Shown here piece by piece: positions 4,752 through 10,162 of a stretch of DNA of 11,897 nt (position 1 is its first letter; each line of letters begins with the position of its first letter). The notes beneath the pieces were generated by a model, which did not search any database, had not been told where the DNA came from, and worked only from the letters and a program-made list of their open reading frames with translations. The stretch lies in NCBI GenBank assembly GCA_044222065.1, contig JBGAOA010000094.1, forward strand, positions 1 through 11,897, read 5' to 3'. This DNA is from Candidatus Eiseniibacteriota bacterium (GTDB lineage Bacteria; Eisenbacteria; RBG-16-71-46). A program made the translations under genes and the position numbers.

Positions 4752-6851
4752 ATGAGTCTTCACGCCGCGCGTCCCTCGGCCATCGGCCTCGTTGCGCTCG
4801 CGCTCGTGCTCTCCGTGCCGGCGGCGCCCTCGGCGTACGCCGCACCGCACGTCACGGGGCTCGCCGCAGCGTGTCGCCGGGGCCAGACCTTCCTCACGTG
4901 GACGCCGCCCGCGGGGACGGGGTGGACGTTTCGTGTCTACGCCGCGAGCGCGCCGATCGCGAGCGCGGACGATCTCGAGTCGGCTGAGTTCCTCGGCGCG
5001 GTCGGCGACTCGAGCGCCTGCGACCGGCGCCTCGGCGCGCGTCTGAACGCCACGTTCGGCCATCGGCCCGACTCCGTCGGCGCCGAACTCGACCCCGCGA
5101 GCGGGCTGTTCGTCGCGCTCGCCGAAGCCGACCGGCCCCGCTGGTACGCCGTGACGACCGAAGCTCCGGGGGCGATGGAAGCCGAGTCGCTGGTCCTCGG
5201 GGAGAGCGCGCTGTTCGCTCCGGTCGGCGAGTCGGTCGGAGATCCCGAGCCCGTGTGGCAGCGGCGTCTCACGTGGGGCGGCCGGCCGTTCGACGTCTAC
5301 ACGCTGTGGACGAGCGATCGAGCGACGCCGCGATTCCCCGCGATGGCGAACGTCCCCGGGCTCGCGTTCGACTGCGCGATCGGCGCGCCCCGCGACGAAG
5401 GGAAGCGGCCGCTGTGGATCTGCCCGCACGCCAAGGGCGGGCACTTCCTCGATGCCTGCTGGTCGGTGCGGCCGGGCGAGTGGGACTGGCAGCTCGCGCT
5501 CGACGACGGGCTTCCGAACGGCGCGAACACCTACTACCTCGGCTACCACGAGCAGTACGACGTGCGCGCCGGCTGGTGGAGCCAGCCCGAACGCACGACG
5601 GGGCAGGTCCAGCCCTACACCGAGCGGCGCGTGCTCCACACGATCGGGTGGGCGCGACGTCGATTCCCGGTGGACACGACGAACGTGCACGCCTTCGGGA
5701 TCTCGATGGGCGGGATCGCGTCGCTCCACCTCGCCGCGGTGCGCCCGGACTGGCTCGCCTCCGTGTTCGCGATCGTGCCGAAAGTGGAGTTCGCGTCGGG
5801 AAACGACCCCGAACCGCTCGCGCAATTCAACGATGGACAGTTCCTGAGGCTCGAAGTGGACCGCCTGTGGAGCCGGATCGCCGCCGACCTGCCGTGCGGC
5901 GCGTACGACCACGTGTTCGAGTACACGTCGATCGCGCACGCGGCGGCCGAACGTGAGCGCGACGGACTTCCGCCGATCGTGCTGTTCAGCGGCAAGCGCG
6001 ACGAGATCATCGGCTGGGGCGAGAAGCCGCCGTTCTACGCCGCGATGGAGTCCGCGCGGCAAGGGGGCGCGTACTTCTGGGACGGGCGCGATCACATCGG
6101 GATCTCGACCGCGTACTACTCGCCCGCGCAGGACCCCGCGCGCGTGCTCGAGTGGCGCACGAACGTCAGCTGGCCCGCGTTCTCGCGCGCGAGCGACGAC
6201 GGCGATCCCGGCTGGGGCGCCGCCGCGGACGGCGACAGCGTCGGCAGCATCCACGGCGCGCTCGAGTGGGACCCGCCCGTGGACGTAGCCTCGACGTGGT
6301 CCGTGCGCCTGCGCACCCGCGCGCTCGCGACGCGCGACGGTCTTCTGCCCGCGCCGTCGCTCGTGACCGCCGACGTGACGCCGCGACGGCTCCAGCGCTT
6401 CAAGATCGTGCCGAACGCGCTCTTCAGCTGCGCCGTGATCGGCGCGGGCGGCGAGTCGCTGTGGCAGGGGCACATCGCCTCCGACGCGCTCGGGCTCCTC
6501 ACGGTGCCGGCGGTGCCGATCACGCCCGCGGGCGTCGACCTCCGAATCGCGCACTTCGGCTCGCTCGACGCCGGGGGCGAAGGCGCTCCGCCCACGGGTG
6601 CGCGCCTCGCGATCGCGGGTACGCCCGGAGCGCGGATCCGCGCGCTCACCGCTCGCGGATTCGCGAGCGCGCCGCGCCTCGTGGTGCTCGATGCGGCCGG
6701 GCGGATCGTGTCGGCGCCGATCGCGGCCGCGTTCGGCGCGGGGGAGTGGCGTGCCGCGCTCGAGGCGTCGGCGCTCGCGCCGGGGCTCTACTTCGTGCGC
6801 GCGACCGACGGCGTCGCGAGCGCCTCCGGTCGCTTCGTGGTGCTGCGCTGA
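4752..6851 (+). CDS. Secreted alpha/beta-hydrolase (esterase/peptidase S9-like) with T9SS-type-A-like CTD; 699 aa
   Basis: ATG 4752 preceded by AGGA; signal peptide MSLHAARPSAIGLVALALVLSVPAAPSAYA. Nucleophile elbow FGISMGG (Ser 5703-5705), oxyanion-like PHAKGG, candidate Asp in GKRD (6000-6002) and His in WDGRDH (6093-6095). C-terminus VVLDAAGRIV...LAPGLYFVRATDG...GRFVVLR. The N-terminal 200 aa of the track ORF (from 4152) overlap gene 3 and the intergenic region and look spurious. Confidence 0.85.
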   Translation: MSLHAARPSAIGLVALALVLSVPAAPSAYAAPHVTGLAAACRRGQTFLTWTPPAGTGWTFRVYAASAPIASADDLESAEFLGAVGDSSACDRRLGARLNATFGHRPDSVGAELDPASGLFVALAEADRPRWYAVTTEAPGAMEAESLVLGESALFAPVGESVGDPEPVWQRRLTWGGRPFDVYTLWTSDRATPRFPAMANVPGLAFDCAIGAPRDEGKRPLWICPHAKGGHFLDACWSVRPGEWDWQLALDDGLPNGANTYYLGYHEQYDVRAGWWSQPERTTGQVQPYTERRVLHTIGWARRRFPVDTTNVHAFGISMGGIASLHLAAVRPDWLASVFAIVPKVEFASGNDPEPLAQFNDGQFLRLEVDRLWSRIAADLPCGAYDHVFEYTSIAHAAAERERDGLPPIVLFSGKRDEIIGWGEKPPFYAAMESARQGGAYFWDGRDHIGISTAYYSPAQDPARVLEWRTNVSWPAFSRASDDGDPGWGAAADGDSVGSIHGALEWDPPVDVASTWSVRLRTRALATRDGLLPAPSLVTADVTPRRLQRFKIVPNALFSCAVIGAGGESLWQGHIASDALGLLTVPAVPITPAGVDLRIAHFGSLDAGGEGAPPTGARLAIAGTPGARIRALTARGFASAPRLVVLDAAGRIVSAPIAAAFGAGEWRAALEASALAPGLYFVRATDGVASASGRFVVLR

Positions 6852-6911
6852 CGCGTCCCTCGGGCGGCGAGCGTGCAACGGTCGCGAAGGCGGTCGCGCG
6901 CCAGAGCGCCA

Positions 6912-6940
6912 TTGATTCGCGCCTCGGGGTTCCCGATACT
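6912..6940 (+). promoter_or_regulatory. sigma70-type promoter for the GWxTD gene: TTGATT-17 bp-GATACT
   Basis: TTGATT 6912-6917, 17-nt spacer, GATACT 6935-6940, 30 nt upstream of ATG 6971 in the intergenic gap. Confidence 0.6.
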
Positions 6941-6970
6941 GGCGCCGCGCCGGGCGCACCCACGGGACCC

Positions 6971-8887
6971 ATGCGATCCACCGTCTCCCTCGCCGCCGTC
7001 CTCGCCTTCGCTCTCTGCAGCTCGACCGCCGTCGGTGCGACGCGGCTCGAGCGCGCCGCCGCGCTGTTCGATCTCGGCCAGCGCCACGTCTCCGACGGAC
7101 GCATCGACATGCGCCGGCAGGGTCTCGAGGAGCTCGACCGCGCGACGCGGCTCGCCCCCGAGCGCCCCGAGTACGAACTGGAACTCGCGCGCGCCTACTA
7201 CGCGTCGGGGTACCTCAAGGAATCGCGGCTCCGCTTCGAGCGCGTGCGCTCGCTCGTTCCCGAGAACGCCGAGGCGGCGTTCGGACTCGGGCAGGTGTGG
7301 CGGCGGGACTGGCTCAAGTACCTCGACACGCTGTCGCTCGTGCGAGCGGCCGAGCACTACTCGCTCGCCGCGCGGCTCGAACCCGCGCGCTGCGACGCGT
7401 GGCTCTCGCTCGTGCCGCTGCTCGTCTCGCAGGGCGACGACCGCGCGGCCTGGGCGGCTTCGGTTCGCGCCCGCGAGGCGGATCCGCAGCGCCTCGAGCC
7501 GCGGCTCGCGGACGCGTGGACGAGTTTCCGACTCGGTCGGCTCGCCCGCGCCGACAGCCTGTTCGCCGGGACGATCCCGAAGCTGCGGCGCAACGTGCGC
7601 GCGCGCTTCGACGACATCGCGCCGCTCGCGACCGAGCGCGACACGATGACGTTGCACCGGCTCGCGCCGTCCGAACAGGCCGAGTTCGTCGCCGCGTTCT
7701 GGAAGGAGCACGACCCGGATCTCGCGAGCCCCGAGAACGAGGCTCGGCTCGAGTACTGGGCGCGCGTCACGAACGCGTACTTCCTGTTCTACGACGCGCG
7801 GCGCCGCGAGTGGGACGAGCGCGGCGAGATCTTCGTGCGCTACGGGCCGCCCGCGAACATGACCTACAACCCGATCGGAGCGAGCCTGAGCTTCCACTTC
7901 TCCGTCGGGCCGGAGTACCCCGCGAACGTGCTCGCGTGGGAGTACCCCGAACTCGGCATGCACGTGCTGCTGCAGGACCGCACGCTGAACGAGATCTACC
8001 GGCTCCCGGTGTCGCTCTCGGAGGACACGGAGCCGCTCCCGGATCCGGACTCTCTCGCGAAGCGCAGCGACGCGTTCGCGACGCGCGGCGGGCGTGCGGT
8101 CTTCCACGTCCTGCCGCCGAACGTGGAGCCGCGCCCGGTCGCGGCGACGATCGCGCGCTTCCGCAGCTCGGCCGGCACGCGTCTCCTCGCGCAGCTCGGC
8201 ACGCCCGGAGCGCCCGACGAGGGCCTCGTCGCCGACTGGGTCGTGCTCGACACGACGCGACGGGAAGTCGCGCGCGCGCGGCGCGCGCTCGATCCCTCGG
8301 GGTGCGATCCGACCGGCGAGCAGATCGCGGAGTTCGCGACCGACCTGCCGCCGGGCCCGTACGTGGTCGGACTCACCGTGCGCGACGCCGCGGGCCGTCG
8401 CGGCGTCAAGCGCTCGCGGCTCGTGGTGGAGGAGGCGCGCGAGGGGCTCGCGCTCAGCGACGTCGTCGTGTCCTGCGGGCTGCCCCCCGCGGGCCTCCCG
8501 AACGTGCAGATCCTCGCGAACCCGGGTTCGCGCGTCGCGGGGAACGACCCGCTGACCGCCTACTTCGAGGTGTACGGGCTCGCGTCCGGCGGCGACGGCC
8601 GGTCGCGCTTCGAGTACGAGTACACCGTGAAGTCGGCCGACAGGGACCCGCGCGTCTGGCTCCAGCGGTTGTTCTCGCCGCGCAAGGAGCCCGCGCCGCT
8701 GTCCGCGTCGCGGAGCGACGAGCAGGTCGGCGCGATGCGCCGTCAGTTCGTGAGCGTTCCGGTCCAGTCGCTGCCGCCCGGTCGCTACCAGCTCTCGATC
8801 CGCGTGCGTGACCGCGTGTCCGACGACGAGGCGGTCGGCGTCGTGCGCTTCGAACGCCTCGTCGCTCCCGCCGCCTCCCGGCCCTGA
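6971..8887 (+). CDS. Secreted TPR-repeat GWxTD-domain protein with two C-terminal beta-sandwich modules; 638 aa
   Basis: Signal peptide MRSTVSLAAVLAFALCSSTAVGA. TPR-like helices (ATRLAPERPEYELELARAYYASG; LVPENAEAAFGLGQVW; ARLEPARCDAWLSL). GWxTD-family core FWKEHDPDLASPENEARLEYWARVTNA...EWDERGEIFVRYGPP...WEYP. Two LPPGxYxxxxxVRD strands near the C-terminus. Confidence 0.85.
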   Translation: MRSTVSLAAVLAFALCSSTAVGATRLERAAALFDLGQRHVSDGRIDMRRQGLEELDRATRLAPERPEYELELARAYYASGYLKESRLRFERVRSLVPENAEAAFGLGQVWRRDWLKYLDTLSLVRAAEHYSLAARLEPARCDAWLSLVPLLVSQGDDRAAWAASVRAREADPQRLEPRLADAWTSFRLGRLARADSLFAGTIPKLRRNVRARFDDIAPLATERDTMTLHRLAPSEQAEFVAAFWKEHDPDLASPENEARLEYWARVTNAYFLFYDARRREWDERGEIFVRYGPPANMTYNPIGASLSFHFSVGPEYPANVLAWEYPELGMHVLLQDRTLNEIYRLPVSLSEDTEPLPDPDSLAKRSDAFATRGGRAVFHVLPPNVEPRPVAATIARFRSSAGTRLLAQLGTPGAPDEGLVADWVVLDTTRREVARARRALDPSGCDPTGEQIAEFATDLPPGPYVVGLTVRDAAGRRGVKRSRLVVEEAREGLALSDVVVSCGLPPAGLPNVQILANPGSRVAGNDPLTAYFEVYGLASGGDGRSRFEYEYTVKSADRDPRVWLQRLFSPRKEPAPLSASRSDEQVGAMRRQFVSVPVQSLPPGRYQLSIRVRDRVSDDEAVGVVRFERLVAPAASRP

Positions 8888-8899
8888 CGGATTTCCGGC

Positions 8900-8928
8900 T
8901 TCAGACGCGCGCCGTTCGCGCCGATATC
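8900..8928 (+). promoter_or_regulatory. Candidate promoter for the response regulator; fits sigma28 (FliA/WhiG) pattern TCAG-N15-GCCGATAT or a weak sigma70 TTCAGA-17-GATATC
   Basis: GCCGATAT at 8920-8927 is 7/8 to the sigma28 -10 consensus GCCGATAA, with TCAG (8901-8904) exactly 15 nt upstream, in the 78-bp intergenic gap. Confidence 0.45.
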
Positions 8929-8965
8929 CGGCGTGGACGACGCCCGCGAGGCGGCCGGAGACCTC

Positions 8966-9361
8966 ATGAGCGAGCTCAAACACCGCATCCTGATCGTGGA
9001 CGACGAGGCCGACCTCGTCGCGGTGCTCCGCATGGGGCTCGAGATCGCGGGCTTCGAGGTGATCGAAGCGCGCGACGGGGAAGAGGGCCTGCGCCGCGCC
9101 CGGCAGGAGCAGCCGGACCTGATCGTGCTCGACCTGATGCTGCCGAAGCTCGACGGCTACCAGGTGTGCCGCGCGCTCAAGTTCGACGAGCGCCATCGCG
9201 CGATCCCGATCCTCATCCTGAGCGCGCGCTCCGGCGAGAACGACCGCCGGCTCGCGCTCGACATGGGCGCCGACCAGTTCGTCTCGAAGCCCTACGACAT
9301 GGCGGCGCTCGTCGCGCTCGTGCGCGCGAAGCTGGCTCCGAAGGTGAGGCGCGTCGCCTGA
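8966..9361 (+). CDS. Single-domain response regulator (stand-alone receiver domain); 131 aa
   Basis: GGAG SD at 8957-8960, ATG 8966. RILIVDDE acidic pocket, PDLIVLDLMLPKLDG (phospho-acceptor Asp), ILSA (conserved Ser/Thr), FVSKPY (conserved Lys-Pro). No output domain. Confidence 0.95.
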   Translation: MSELKHRILIVDDEADLVAVLRMGLEIAGFEVIEARDGEEGLRRARQEQPDLIVLDLMLPKLDGYQVCRALKFDERHRAIPILILSARSGENDRRLALDMGADQFVSKPYDMAALVALVRAKLAPKVRRVA

Positions 9362-9373
9362 CCCCGTCGCGGC

Positions 9374-10162
9374 TCAGCGCGCGAGCGCGCGCTCGAGCAC
9401 GGATCGCATCTCGTCGTGCAGCGCGCCGTTCGTCGCGAGGATCTCGCGGCCGTCCACGCGAAACTCGGACCCGTCGTAGCGCGTCACGATTCCCCCGGCC
9501 TCGCGCACGATCAGAGTTCCCGCCGCGAGGTCCCACGGCGACAGGTGCCGCTCCCAGAATCCGTCGAAGCGGCCGCACGCGACGTAGCACAGGTTGAGCG
9601 CCGCCGAGCCGTCGCGCCGCACGCCCTGCGCGCGCATCAGGAACGCCTCGAACGCGGGCAGCACGGTGTGCGGATGCTCGCGGACCGAGTAGGGGAAGCC
9701 GGTGACGAGCAGCGCATCCTCGACCGCCGGGATGGACGACACGCGCACGCGTTCGCCGTTGCGCGTCGCGCCCTCTCCGGCGGCGGCGCTGAACAGTTCG
9801 TCGCGCGTCGGGTCGTAGACGGCCCCGGCGACGAGCGCGCCGTCGGCCTCGACGCCGACCGACACGCAGAAGAAGGGGTAGTTGTGCGCGAAATTCGTCG
9901 TGCCGTCGAGCGGGTCCACGAGCCACCGTACGCGCGCTCCGTCGTGCGCGCCGGACTCCTCGGCCAGGATCGCGTGATCGGGATACGCCGCGGCGATGCG
10001 CTCGAGCAGCCGCTGCTCGGAACGGCGGTCGTACTCGGTCACGAGGTCGATGCGCCCCTTGCGCTCGGGCGCGTGGATGCGGCCCCAACCCTCGCGGACG
10101 ATCGCGCCGGCCTCGCGTGCGAACGACTCCGCCGACGCGCGCCACGTTGCGAATTCGCTCAT
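9374..10162 (-). CDS. suhB: Inositol monophosphatase family protein (SuhB-like); 262 aa
   Basis: Begins MSEFATWRASAESFAREAG at ATG 10162 with GGAGG SD. Motifs DLVTEYD, ILAEES, WLVDPLDGTTNFAH, RRDGSAALNLCYVACGRFDGFWE, WDLAAGTLIVREAGG. The 814-aa track ORF is an artefactual upstream extension across the helicase gene. Confidence 0.93.
   Translation of the reverse strand: MSEFATWRASAESFAREAGAIVREGWGRIHAPERKGRIDLVTEYDRRSEQRLLERIAAAYPDHAILAEESGAHDGARVRWLVDPLDGTTNFAHNYPFFCVSVGVEADGALVAGAVYDPTRDELFSAAAGEGATRNGERVRVSSIPAVEDALLVTGFPYSVREHPHTVLPAFEAFLMRAQGVRRDGSAALNLCYVACGRFDGFWERHLSPWDLAAGTLIVREAGGIVTRYDGSEFRVDGREILATNGALHDEMRSVLERALAR

Noticed and set aside
6152..6970. N-terminal extension of the GWxTD ORF in the track (911 aa)
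   Set aside because: It overlaps the hydrolase gene in another frame. The promoter and signal peptide place the start at 6971.
6971..7040. Possible lipoprotein signal in the GWxTD protein (FALC)
   Set aside because: Leu before Cys does not fit the lipobox (G/A/S at -1). An ordinary signal peptidase I site near AVG-A is more plausible.
4626..9196. Long antisense ORFs 4626-6959 (777 aa) and 6788-9196 (802 aa)
   Set aside because: They mirror real plus-strand genes, with low-complexity R/A/G composition and no domain signatures.
9374..9397. GC palindrome-like run (gcgcgcgagcgcgcgc) near the convergent stops as a terminator
   Set aside because: It lies in suhB coding sequence, has no U-tract, and such CG runs are ubiquitous here.
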